Shown: positions 51,098 to 64,000 of the stretch, piece after piece
Numbering within the stretch: the first letter of the stretch is position 1
Layout: each line of letters opens with the position of its first letter
Source: the human T2T-CHM13v2.0 reference genome, Homo sapiens
Reading direction: 5' to 3' (one strand)
NCBI RefSeq assembly: GCF_009914755.1
Contig: NC_060947.1
Length of the DNA stretch: 64,000 nt
Position numbers and translations under genes: made by a program
Notes under the pieces: generated by a model
What the model was told of the DNA's origin: nothing
What the model saw: the letters and a program-made list of their open reading frames with translations, nothing else
The model's database searches: none

Positions 51098-54000
51098 TTT
51101 CTTTATTTCTTCTAAAAAAAAAGTGGCAGTTACACATGCAGCATGTGCAGGTTTGTTACATAGGTATACATGTGCCATGGTGGTTTGCTGCACCTAATGA
51201 CCAATCCTCTAAGTTTCCACCCCTCATCCCCATCCCCCAACTAGCCCTGGTGTGTGTTGTGCCCCTCTCTGTGTCCATGTGTTCTCAATGTTCAACTCCC
51301 ACTTATGAGTGAGAACATGTGGTGTTTGGTTTTCTGTTCCTGTGTTAGTTTGCTAAGGATAATGGCTTCCAGCTTCATCCATGTCCCTGCAAAAAAATAT
51401 AATCTCATTCCTTTTTATTTCTACACAGTATATCATGGTGTATATGGACCACATTTTAATTATCCAGTCTATCACTGATGGGCATGTGGGTTGGTTCCAT
51501 GTCTTTGCTATTGTAAATAGTACTGCAGTAAACATACATGTCCATGTGTCTTTATAGTAGAATGATTTATATTCCTTTGGATATATACCTAGTAATGGAA
51601 TTGCTGGGTCAAATGGTATTTCTGGTTCTAGATCCTTGAGGAATCGCCGCACTGTCTTCCACAATGGCTGAACTAATTTACATTCCAACCAACAGTGTAA
51701 AAGTGATCCTATTTCTACATAGCCTCTCCAGCATCTATTGTTTCCTAAATTTTTAATAATCGCTATTCTGACCAATGTGAGATGGCATCTCATTGTGGTT
51801 TTTATTTGCATTTCTCTGATGATCAGTGATGTTGAGCTTTTGTTCATATGATCGTTGGCCACGTGTTTTCTTTTGAGAAGTATCAATTCATATCCTTTGC
51901 CCACTTGTTGATGGAGTTGTTTTTTTTTCTTGTAAACATGTTTAAGTTCCTTGTAAATACTGGATATTAGACCTTTGTCAGATAGGTAGATTGCAAAAGT
52001 TTTCTCCCACTCTGTAGGTTGCCTGTTCACTCTGATGCTGGTTTCTTTTGCTGTACAGAAGCTTTTTATTTAATTAGATCCTATTTGTCAATTTTGACTT
52101 TTGTTGCAATGACTTTGGTGTTTTTGTAATTAAGTCTTTGCCCATGCCTATGTCCTGAATGGTATTGCCTAGGTTTTCTTCTAGCTTTTTTTAATGGTTT
52201 TGTGTTTTACATTTATGTCTTTAATCCATCTTGAGAAAATTTTTGTATAAGGTGTAAGGAAGGGGTCCAGTTTCTGCTTTCTGCATATGGCTAGCAAGTG
52301 TTCCCAGCACCATTTATTGAATAGTAGATCCTTTTCCCATTTCTTTTTTTTGTCAGGTTTGTTGAAGATCAGATGATTGTAGATGTGTGGTGCTATTTCT
52401 GAGGTCTCCATTCTGCTCCACTGGTCTATACATCTGTTTTGGTACCAGTACCATACTGTTTTGGTTACTGTAGTCTTGTAGTATAGTTTGAATTCAGGTA
52501 GTGTGATGCCTCCTGCTTTGTTCCTTTTGCTTAGGATTGTCTTGGCTATGTGGGGCCTTCTTTGATTCTGTATAAAATTTAAAGTAATTTTTTCTAATTC
52601 TGTGAACAATGTCAGTGGTAGTTTGATGGGAATAGTGTTGAATTTATAAATTACTTTGAGCAATATGGCCACTTTCACAATATTGATTCTATTTATGAGG
52701 ATGGAATGTTTTTCCATTTGTTAGTGTCCTCCCTTATTTCCTTGAGCAGTGGGTTGTAGTTCTCCATGAAGAATTCCTTTACATCCCTCGTTAGCTGTAT
52801 TTCTAGGTATTTTATTATCTTTGTAGTGATTGTAAAGGGGAGTTCATTAATGATTTGGCTCTCTATTTGCCTATTGTGGGTGTAAAGTAATTCTTGTGAT
52901 TTTGGCACATTGATTTCATATCCTGAAACTTTGCTGAAGTTGTTTATCAGTTCAAGAAGTTTTTGGGCTGAGATGATACAATTTCCTAAATATAAAAGTA
53001 TGTCATCTGCAGAGACAACTTAACTTCCCCTCTTCCTATTTGAATATCTTTTATTTCTTTCTCTTCCCTGATTGCCCTGGGCAGAACTTCCAATACTATC
53101 TTGAATAGGAGTGGTGAGAGAGAGCATACTTGTCTTGTACCAGTTTTCAAAGGGAATGTTTCCAGCTTTTGCCCATTCAATATAATATAGACAAGGTGGG
53201 TTTGTCATAAATAGCTCTTATTATTTTGAGATACATTCCATCAATACCTAGTTTATTGAGAGTTTTTAACATGAAGGGATATTGAATTTTATCAAAGGTT
53301 TTTTCTGCATCTCTTGAGATAATTATGTGGTTTTTGTCTTTGGTTCTGTTTATGTAATGGATTATGTTTATTGATTTGCATATGTTGAACAAGTCTTGTA
53401 TCCCAGAGATGAAGCTGACTTGATCATGGTGGATAAGTTTTTGATGTGCTGCTGGATTCAGTTTGCCAGTATTTTATTGAGGATTTTTGCATCGATGTTC
53501 ATCAGGGATATTGGCCTGAAATTTTTTTTGTTGTGTCTGTGTCAGGCTTTGGTATCAGGATGATGCTGGCCTCATAAAATGAGTTAGGGAGGAGTCCTTT
53601 CTTTTCAATTGTTTGTAATAGTTTCAGAAGGAAAGGTACCAACTTCTCTTTGTATTTCTGGTAGAATTCAGCTGTGAATCCATCTGGTTGTGGGTGTTTT
53701 TTTTTTGTGTGTGTGGTAGGCTATTAATTACTGCCTCAATTTCAGAGCTTGTTATTGGTTTATTCAAGGATTCAACTTCTTCTTCCTGGTTTAGTCTTGG
53801 AAGGGTGTATGAGTCCAGGAATTTATCCATTTCTTATTCATTTTCTGGTTTATTTGCATAGAGGTGTTTATAGTATTCTCCGATGGTAATTTGTATTTTT
53901 GTGCAGTCAGTGGTGATATCCCCTTTATCAATGTTTACTGTGTATATTTGATTCTTCTCTCCCTTCTTCTTTACTAATCTAGCCAGCAGTCTATCTATTT

Positions 54001-57000
54001 TGTTAATTTAAAAAACTAGCTCCTGAATTCGTTGATTTTTTTAGAGTTTTTTATGTCTCTATCTCCTTCAATTCTTTTCTGATCTTGGTTATTTCCTGTC
54101 TTCTGCTAGCTTTTGGATTAGTTTGCTTTTGCCTCTCTAGCACTTTTAATTGTGATGTTAGGGTGTCAATATGAGATGTTTCTAGCTTTCTGATTGAATA
54201 TTTAGTGCTATAAATTTCCCTCTTAACACTGCTTTAGTTGTGTCCCAGATATAGGGGTATGTTGTCTCTTTGTTCTCATTGGTTTCAAAGAACTCCTTGA
54301 TTTCTGCCTTAATTTCATTATTTATCCATGAGTCAAACAAGAGCAGGTTTTTCAATTTTCATTAAATTGTGTGGTTTTGAGTGAGTTTTTAAATACTGAG
54401 TTCTAATTTGATTGCACTGTGGTCTGAGAGACTGTTATAACTTCAGTTTTTTGCATTTACTGAGGAGTGTTTTACTTCAAATTATGTGGTCGATTTTAGA
54501 ATAAGTGCCATGTAGCACTGAGAAGAATATGTTCTGCTGATTTGGGGTTCAGAGTTCTGTAGACATCTCTCACTATTATTGTGTAGGAGACTAAGTCTCT
54601 TTGTAGGTCTCTAAGAACTTGTTTTGTGAATCTGGGTGTTCCTGTATTGGGTGCTTATACATATTTAGAATAGTCAGCTTTTCTTGTCAAATTCTTCCCT
54701 TTACCATTATATAATGCCTTCCTTTTTTTTTTTTATCTTTGTTGTTTTAAAGTGTGTTTCATCAGGACCTAGGATTGCAACCACTGCTGTTTTTTTGCTT
54801 TTCATTTGCTTGGTAAATATTCTTCCATCCCTTTATTTTGAGCCTGTGTGTGTCTCTGCATGTAAAATGGGTCTCCTGAATACAACACACTGATGGGTCT
54901 TGACTCTTTTATCCAGTTTGCCACTCTGTGTCTTTTAATTATGGCATTTACCCCATTTACATTTAAAGTTAGTATTGTTATGTGTGAATTTGATGCCATC
55001 ATCCTGCTGCTATTTGGTTATTTTGCACACTATTTGATGCAGTTTCTTCGTAGAGTCATTGGTCTTTATATTTTGGTGTGTTTTTGCAGTGGCTGGTACA
55101 GGTTTTTTCTTTCCACATTTAGTGCTTCTTTCAGGATCTCTTGCAGGGCAGGCCTGGTGGTAACAAAATACCTCAGCATTTGCTTGTCTGGAAAGGATTT
55201 TATTTCTCCTTTGTTTATGAAGCTTAGTTTGGCTGGATATGAAATTCTAGGTTGGAAATTATTTTCTTTAATTGTTGAATATTAGCCCCCAATCTCTTCT
55301 GGCTTGTAGTTTCTGCAGAGAAGTCCACCGTTAGTCTGATGGGCTTCCCTTTGGAGGTGACCTGGCCTTTCTCTCTAGCTGCCCTTAACAGTTTTTATTT
55401 GATTTCAACCTTGGAGAATCTGATGATTATGTGTCTTGGGGTAGATCATCTCATGGAGTATCTTAATGGTGTTCTCTGTATTTCCTGAATGTGCATGTTG
55501 GTCTGTCTGGCTAGGCTGGGGAAGTTCTCCTGGATAACATCCTGAAGTGTGTTTTCCAGCTTGTTTACATTCTCCCCATCTCCTTCTGTTACTCCAATCA
55601 ATCGTAAGTTCAGTCTTTTTATGAAGTCCCATATTTCTTGGAGGCTTTGTTCAATTTTTTTCATTCTTTTTTTCTCTATTACTCTCTGCACTTCTTACTT
55701 CAGTAAGGTGGTCTTCAAACTCTGATATCCTTTCTTCTACTAGGTTGATGTGGCTGTTGATTCTTGTGTATGCTTCACAAAGTTATCATGCTGTGTTTTT
55801 CAGCTCCATTAAGTCATGTATGTACCTCTCTAAACTGGTTATTCTAGTTAGCAATTCCACTAACCTTTTATCAATGTTCTTAGCTTATTTGCATTGGGTT
55901 AGAACATGCTCCTTTAGTTCATCATAGTTTTTTTATTACCCATCTTCTGAAGCCTACTTCTGTCCGTTCATCCATCTGATTTTCCACCCAGTTCTGTGCC
56001 CCTGATGGAGGGATGTTGCAATCATTAAGAAGAGAACAGGCATTCTGGCCTTTTGTGTTTTCAGAATTTTCTCATTGATTCTTTCTCATACTCATGAGTT
56101 CGTCTAGTTTTGGTCTTTGAGGTTGCTATCCCTTGGATGGAATTTTTGTGGGAGTCTTTTTGTTGTTGTTGTTGTTCTTGTTGTTGATGTTGTTTTTGTC
56201 ACTTTCTGCTTGTTTGTTTTTCTTTCAATAGTTAGGTCCCTCTTCTGTAGGGCTGCTGCAGTTGGCTGGGGGTTCACCTCAGGCTCTGTTCATCTGATTC
56301 ACGCTCATGCTTGGAGATGTCACTCAAGGAGGCTGGAGAGAAGCAATGATGGATGCCTCCTCCTTCTTGTGAAACCTCTGACCTTGAGGGGCACCAAACT
56401 GATGCCAGTAGGATTTCTTCTATATAGGTCGTCTGACAACCCCTGTTAAAGTGTGTAACCCCATTGGGTGGCACAGGGAGCAGGACCCATTTAATGAAGC
56501 ATCTTTTCCCTCAGTGGAAAGGATCTGTTTCTCTATGGGGAAACTCACTCATCTGGGCTGTCTAGATTTCTCAGAACTACTAGGAGGATAGGCTAAGTCT
56601 GCTCATCTGCACAGACTGCAGCCACCCCTCCCTCTAGGGGCTCAGGCCCATTGAGATCCAAATTCTGTCCCTGAGCCTCTGGCTGGAGTTATTGAAGATT
56701 CTGCCAGGAAGGCTCACCCATTGAGGGAGGATGGGTCAGGGTTGGGCCTGAAGAGTCACTCTGGCCACAGACTGCCACAGCCTGTTTGCTGGGCTGTGGG
56801 GACAAGCCTTAGGGCCAAGCAATCCAGCCTCCCTGGCTCTAGCAGGGGAAAAGCACAGCCTGGAGTTATAGAAGTGGGTGCCACCCTTCCCCCACCCAGT
56901 GAGCCTAACGTGTTAGGCAGTTGCCAGTCCCAGTGCTGGCTGCTGCCCCTCCCCCAAGGAGCTCAAAGGGCTTAGACAACTGGCAGCTGCAGCCTGTGCT

Positions 57001-57452
57001 GGTCACAGGCTAGGGTCCCTCCCCACAGGAGTTTGGTATGTTTTAGCAGATTCCAGCTGAGAGGCTGTAAGAATCTGTGCATTCTTACACAGATTGGGAC
57101 AATAGGTCACGGGACACTAAACCATGGTGGCATGGGTTCATGGGTGGGATCTTCCAATCCATGGGTTGCACAGTTCCGTGGAAAAAGCAATTTTCCTGAC
57201 TGGGTAGTGCACTCACTCACCACCTCCCTTGGCTGGGGGGAGGGGGTTCCCCTTCCCCATGTGGCTCTCAAGTGAGCCACCACACCACAATGCTCTTCCT
57301 TCTCTCCATGTTTCATGCCAGCTTTCTAGTCAATTTTGATGAGAGAACCTAGATACTTTGGTTGCCAGTGAAACATTCACATGCTTATTAAGGTTTTTTT
57401 TGATGGGAGTCTCTGAACACTGCAGCTTCTGGTTGGCCATCTTGGCCCCACC
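51098..57452 (-). mobile_element. Full-length L1PA8A-like LINE-1 (ORFs disrupted)
   Basis: polyT at ~51093, 3'UTR ...CCTCTAAGTTTCCACCCCTC; ORF2 start MMASNSHITILTLNVNG (55002); 5' start GGTGGGGCCAAGATGGCC; TSD GAAATTGGATTTTT at 51084-51097 and 61879-61892. Confidence 0.88.
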
Positions 57453-58115
57453 CATGACCAAGTGAGGTTCATTCCAGAGAAGGATGTTGGGAACAGGTCC
57501 CCCAAAATCTGGCCATAAACTGGCCCCAAAACTGGCCATAAACAAAATTTCTGCAGCACTGTCACACATTCATGATGGCCATAATGCCCACACTGGAAGG
57601 TTGTGGGTTTACCAGAATGAGGGCAAGGAACACCTGGCCCACCCAGGGCGGAAAATTGCTTAAAGACATTCTTAAGCCACAAACAATAGCATGAGCAATC
57701 TGCTCCTGCTGCAGTTAACTAGCCCAACCTATTCCTTTAATTTGGCCCATCCCTTCATTTTCCATAAGGGATACTTTTAGTTAACCAAATATCTATAGAA
57801 GCAATGCTAATGACTGGCTTGCTGTTAATAAATACGTGGGTAAATCTCTGTTCAGGGCTCTGAGCTCTGAAGGCTGTGAGGGCCCTGATTTCCCACTTCA
57901 CACCTCTATATTTCTGTGTGTGTGTCTTTAATTCCTCTAGTGCCGCTGGGTTAGGGTCTCCCCGACTGAGCTGGTATCGGCAAATGGCATCCATCATGGG
58001 GACTCAAATCCAGGTCAAAGGTTTGCCAGAGGGATGGTTGGAGAACATGGAACTAGCTAGAGGACACCTGAGTACTCTTAAAGCAATCCCTGTGGTGAGT
58101 AAGAAGGGGAGTTTG

Positions 58116-59000
<885 letters not shown>

Positions 59001-59079
59001 AACTGGGGCATTTCCAGCTGAGGCCATTCCCTCACCCCTGTACGATGTCTGTCCCCCGCCTCAGCCAGTAGTGCCACAG

Positions 59080-59720
59080 TAGATTTATGCTGCACAAAAG
59101 TTGTGAGTCTTCTGCCTGGGGAACCCCTGAAAAAGGTCCCAACAGAAGTCTGTGGACCCTTGCCAGTGGGGACAATAGGATTACTTCTAGGCAGGTCTAG
59201 TTTAAGTTTAAAAGGGGTACAAATACATAGAGGAGTCATTGATTCAGATTATAATGGGGAAATTCAAATCATTATATCTACTTCTGTTCCCTGGAAAACA
59301 GAGCCAGGAGAGTGCACAGCACAGCTCCTGATTGTGCCATATGTGGGAATGGGAAAAGTGAAATTAAATGAACAGGAGGATTTTGAATCACAAATAAACA
59401 AGGCAAAGCAGCTTACTGGGTACATCAAATTATTGATAAATGTCCTGTCTGTGAAATAACTATTCAGGGAAAGAAATTTAAAGGTTTGGTAGATACGGGA
59501 GTGGACATTTCAATCATTTCTCTACAGCACTGGCTGTCCATGTGGCCAATTCAACCACTCAATTTAACATAGTTGGAGTTGGTAAAGCCCCTAAAGTGTA
59601 TCACAGTAGTTATATTTTGCATTGTGAAGGGCCTAACAGACCACCTGGAACTATTCAACCAATCATAACTTCTGTACCTATAAATTTATGGGGGAGATAT
59701 TTATTACAACAATGGAGAGC
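59080..59720 (+). pseudogene. pro: Betaretroviral dUTPase-protease remnant
   Basis: dUTPase motifs LLGRSSL and GVIDSDYNGEI; protease active site GLVDTGVDISII (~59483) and INLWGRYLL. Confidence 0.85.
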
Positions 59721-59724
59721 ACAA

Positions 59725-61250
59725 GCCAAGCTCTAGCTACATTTTTCTGTATGTCAAATATTAAACACATTACTGGTATCCCATACAATTCTCAAGGACA
59801 AGCCATAGTGGGAAGAATGAATATTTCCCTAAAACAGCAGTTGCAAAAGCAGAAAGGGGGAAATAGAGAATATGGAACCCCACAGATGCAACTGAATCTA
59901 GCATTATTAACTTTATATTTTTTGAGCCTGCCCAAAAGCCAGATGCTATCAGCAGCTGAACAGCATCTACAGAAACCAGCTGCAAAGACAGAAGCAGAAC
60001 AACTGATTTGGTGGAGAGATCCAATAACAAAAAGTTGGAAAATAGGTAAAATCATAACTTGGGGTAGAGATTATGCTTGTGTTTCTCCAGGCCAAAATCA
60101 ACAGCCAATTTGGATACCATCAAGACAAATGAAACCTTATCATGAGCCAGATTCTGGGAGGATCCCGAGGACCCCTCAGTTGAAGCCATGTCAAGACTGA
60201 CGTTGAGGAAGACCCCAGCTTTCACGAGCAACACCCGTTTAACACAGCCACCCACCTGGGGAGAGATCACGAAGCTGTCACAGATTGTGGAAGAAAACCT
60301 GAGAAAAGCAGGACAACCAGTCACAATGAGTAATTTAATGGTAGCTATGATAGCAGTTATCACCCTGCCATGAGTATTCCTTCAACAAGGGCTGACACAG
60401 AGAACAATTATACTTACTGGGCATATATATCAATCCTGGATGGTAATAATGCCTGAATATAATCACTCTATGACACAGTTACACATGCTTTCTGATCTCA
60501 GTATTTACCCTAATAAATTTGTTCCTATAATTGAGGCATACCACCTTAAAAAACCTATTTGTAAACAAAATAGAACCTGGCCAGAAATAATGAATGTACT
60601 TGTTTAGGAAGATTGCTTTACAGAACAGGCAGAGGGGCTGCATAACGATTCCTATGGAATCTTTATTGATTGGTCCCCTAAAGGGATGTTTAACCTAAAT
60701 TGCACCTCTCAGTCTGCATGCCATGGCCACACTATGCTCAGCTGATCTAAACAAAATGGTCAGATGGTAGAAATGATAAGAAGTATGGCAAAAGTTCCTA
60801 TTATCTGAAACCATGGCAGTATAGTGGCACCTCAACCTCAAATGATATGGCTTATTGTAGGAGGTAAACATGAAGGATTTGTGGAAACTATTAATAGCTC
60901 TTAATAAGATCAAAATTTGGGAAAGAATAAAAAAGTATCTAGAAGGACACACTACAAACTTGTTTTTGGATATGGCAAAATTAAAAGAACAAATATTTAA
61001 AACATCTCAAGCACACATGGCCTTAATGCCAGGAACTGGAGTGTTTAAAGGAGCTGCAGACAGATTAGCAGCTAGTAACCCATTAAAATGGATAAAAATA
61101 CTTGGAAGCTCTGTAATTTCAATGATGATTGTGCTTTTAATCTGTGTTGTTTGTCTTTGTATAGTCTGCAGATGTGGATCCTGACTCCTGTGAGAAGTAG
61201 CTCACCATGACAAAGCTGCCTTTGCTTTTATCGCTTTGCAAATCAAATAA
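59725..61250 (+). pseudogene. HML-3 integrase C-terminal half and env remnants
   Basis: HITGIPYNSQGQAIV...WWRDP...TWGRDYACV; env leader PPTWGEITKL; TM ...NPLKWIKILGSSVISMMIVLLICVVCLCIVCR. Confidence 0.8.
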
Positions 61251-62434
61251 GGGGGACATGTAGGGAACAGGCCCCCCCCAAAATCTGGCCATAAACTGGC
61301 CACAAAACTGGCCATAAACAAAATCTCTGCAGCACTGTATCATGTTCATGATGGCCATAACGCCCACACTGGAAGGTTGTGGGTTTACCAGAATGAGGTC
61401 AAGGAACACCTGGCCCGCCCAGGGTGGAAAACCTCTTAAAGGCATTTTTAAGCCACAAACAAAAGCATGAGTGATCTGTGCCTTAAGGACATGCTTCTAT
61501 TGCAGTTAACTAGCCCAACCTATTACTTTAATTTGGCCCATCCCTTCGTTTCCCATAAGGGATACTTTTAGTTAATTTAATATCTATAGAAACAATGCTA
61601 ATGACTAGCTTGCTGTTAATAAATATGTGGGCAAATCTTTGTTCAGGGCTCTCAGCTCTGAAGGCTGTGAGGGCCCTGATTTCCCACTTCACACCTCTAT
61701 ATTTCTGTGTGTGTGTCTTTAATTCCTCTAGTGCCGCTGGGTTAGGGTCTCCCCGACTGAGCTGGTCTTTGCAGATGGAAGGTTGGATCAATATTTAAAA
61801 ATCAATCAACAGAAATCATGACATAAGGCAAAAAGGATGAAGGCATGTCTTACATGGCTGAAGCAAGAGGAAGAGCAGGAAATTGGATTTTTAAATGCTG
61901 GTAATCAGTTCAAAAACCTTTAAAACCCAATACAGACAAATGACGATGTCAGTTTGCCATCCCTGAAGTAGAGAGGGCCTGTGTTGGGGAGATATCAGCC
62001 AAAATGCCTTAAGTGGGATCTATGAAAGTTCTGTTTCCCAGAGCCTGGCTGGGCTGGGGGAGGATCCTTGCAGCTGAAGAGGAGGAAAAGTCACTGAGTC
62101 ACCTCCCAGAGTGGGACAAACTGGAGACCCTTTGCAGTTGCTGGGTCACCATCAGGGGTGGCATGGAATATTAACAGTGCAGCTCTCAGTCTGCCAGAAA
62201 GATGGATGGTGGATTCAAAGCAAAAAAAAAGGAAGGGCAGGCAGAGCCAGGGATGCCTTTGCTGATAAGAGTGCCTGTCAGGGGAGTCACCACAGGCTGG
62301 TAGCTCTTCAAACCAGCAGCTCTTGGCTCAGAGCCAGACCCAGCTGGGTTTGGTCCAAGGCATCCTGGGATGCCTGCTGGTCAGTCCCTTGCCTCCCCAA
62401 GTTCCTCCTGGAGTCAGTGGGCCCTGGGGAGGTT

Positions 62435-63950
62435 CCTAACCTAAATCCAGCTGGTTTCTTATGGAAAGAAGAGGAGGATAAGAAGGTATCAAAACATAAT
62501 TGTTTAAATGTCATAGAACATCAAACTAAAATTAAAACAGACCTTAAAGAAACTCCACTATGTAATGGGATGAGGCTGCTTGTGAATGGGTCATCCCAAG
62601 TAATACATGGTAAAAGACACAATAGCTATGTTGTCATTAATAAAGACAAACAATCCTTATGTGAAAAAAGTAAATTACCCAATAACTGGTGAGCACAAAC
62701 CTGTGAATTACATGTTCTTAACAAGGCCCCCAAGCTCCTAAAAGGCCAAGAAGTTACTATATATACTAATTTCCAATATGCCTATGTAGTAGTACACACC
62801 TTTGGAAAGATCTGGACAAAACAGGGCATACATAAGTAGCAGGGAAAAGAATTGGTACATGGGGAGCTGGTCAAACAAGTTTTAGAAAGCCTCCTGCTTC
62901 CAGCGTAGATAGCCATAGTTCATGTAAATGGCCATCAGAAAGGAAACACTATAGAAGCTGTGGGAACAGGCTTGAAGATGAAGCTGCCAAGCCAGCCTCC
63001 CTGGAGGAAGAAGTTAGACTGTTTAGCCTAATCCCAGATATCCCTAAAGTGGTATTAAAACCCCAATTTTCTAAAGAGGAGGAGGAACAGCTGGGCAAGA
63101 TAGGGGCCATTCAACCTGAAGATGGGAGGTGAATGCTCCCTGACGGGAGAGGAATGACAAGAAAAGCCATAATGACAGAACGGATGTCCATACTGCATAA
63201 GGGAAGTCATTGAGGTCCCCAGGCCATGTGTAATGCAATACTCAAGAATTATGGCTGTAAAGGGATTTATACCCTTGCTAAACAAGTGTGTGGGGGTTGT
63301 GGGACCTGCCAGAAAATAAACAAAAAGATAGTTAGAAAACAGACTACTGGAGGGAGACCTCCTGGGTTAAGGCCATTTCAAAGCGTTTAAGTAGATTTTA
63401 CAGAAATGTCCAAAATAGGGAGACTAAAGTATCTACTGGTAATGATACACCACCTCTCTGGCTGGGTGGAGGTCTTCCCCCTCCTAACTGCCACCACCAG
63501 GAATGTGGTCAAAATAATCTTAGAACAAATTATACCCAGATTTGGCCTGGTAGAAAATATTGATTCAGACAGTGGGAGCCATTTTGCCTCAAGTGTGCTA
63601 AGGGGAATTATGAAAAGTTTACACATTAGATGGAATTACCACTCCCCTTGGCATCTCCCTTCCTCTGGAAAAGTCAAAAGAATAAATCAAACTCTCAAAA
63701 AGCATATTACTAAACTAATCTTAGAAACTAAAATGCCTTAGACCAAATGTCTCCCAATAGCACTCTTTAGGATTAGGACATCCCCAAGGAAAGACTAGGG
63801 GATTGTTCCCTTACAAGTTATTATATGAACTCCCATATTTAGGTAGGACTACTGACCTTCCTACTATGGAAACAAAAGATCACTTTTTAAGACATTATAT
63901 ACTGGCCATATCCTCCACCCTGTCATTTCTTAGGTTAAAAGAACTTCTAA
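62435..63950 (+). pseudogene. pol: HERV-I pol remnant (connection, RNase H, integrase)
   Basis: LNPAGFLWKEE...HNCLNVIEHQTK...LLVNGSS; CxxC near 63298; VDFTEM...KYLLV...SGWVEVFP...IDSDSGSHF...SSGKVKRINQTLK; runs toward the window end. Confidence 0.85.
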
Positions 63951-64000
63951 GACCAGGCAAGGTGGCTCATGCCTGTAATCCCAGCACTTTGGGAGGCCAA
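63951..64000 (+). mobile_element. Alu 5' start (cut by window end)
   Basis: GACCAGGCAAGGTGGCTCATGCCTGTAATCCCAGCACTTTGGGAGGCCAA. Confidence 0.9.

Overview
Non-coding, CpG-depleted hominid genomic DNA, probably human (it contains SVA_A and an L1PA2/3-type element). Most of it is transposable elements, and I found no host protein-coding exon, intact ORF or CRISPR-like system. Main structures: (i) a complete THE1C/D MaLR provirus inside an L2; (ii) a ~26 kb L1 nest in which an old L1MA8-like host is split by an antisense L1PA7-like, a full-length L1PA16-like and a full-length L1PA2/3-like element. The L1PA16-like copy carries a ~12 x 142-bp 5'UTR monomer array plus Alu, MER11 and L1PA4 insertions; (iii) MST LTRs, one with a ~95-bp insert matching sequence 1.5 kb away; (iv) a short twin-primed L1, and an SVA_A and a 5S rRNA retropseudogene that used the same target site; (v) a HERV-I/LTR10 provirus split by an L1PA8A-like element. 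The TSD of this last L1 shows it carried a ~130-nt 5' extension that looks like a spliced transcript started in an MSTA LTR. A HERV-K(HML-3) provirus later inserted into that extension and hides it. Subfamily names are from memory of consensus sequences, not a database search. TSD and junction coordinates were read from the sequence; boundaries of ancient repeats are approximate.
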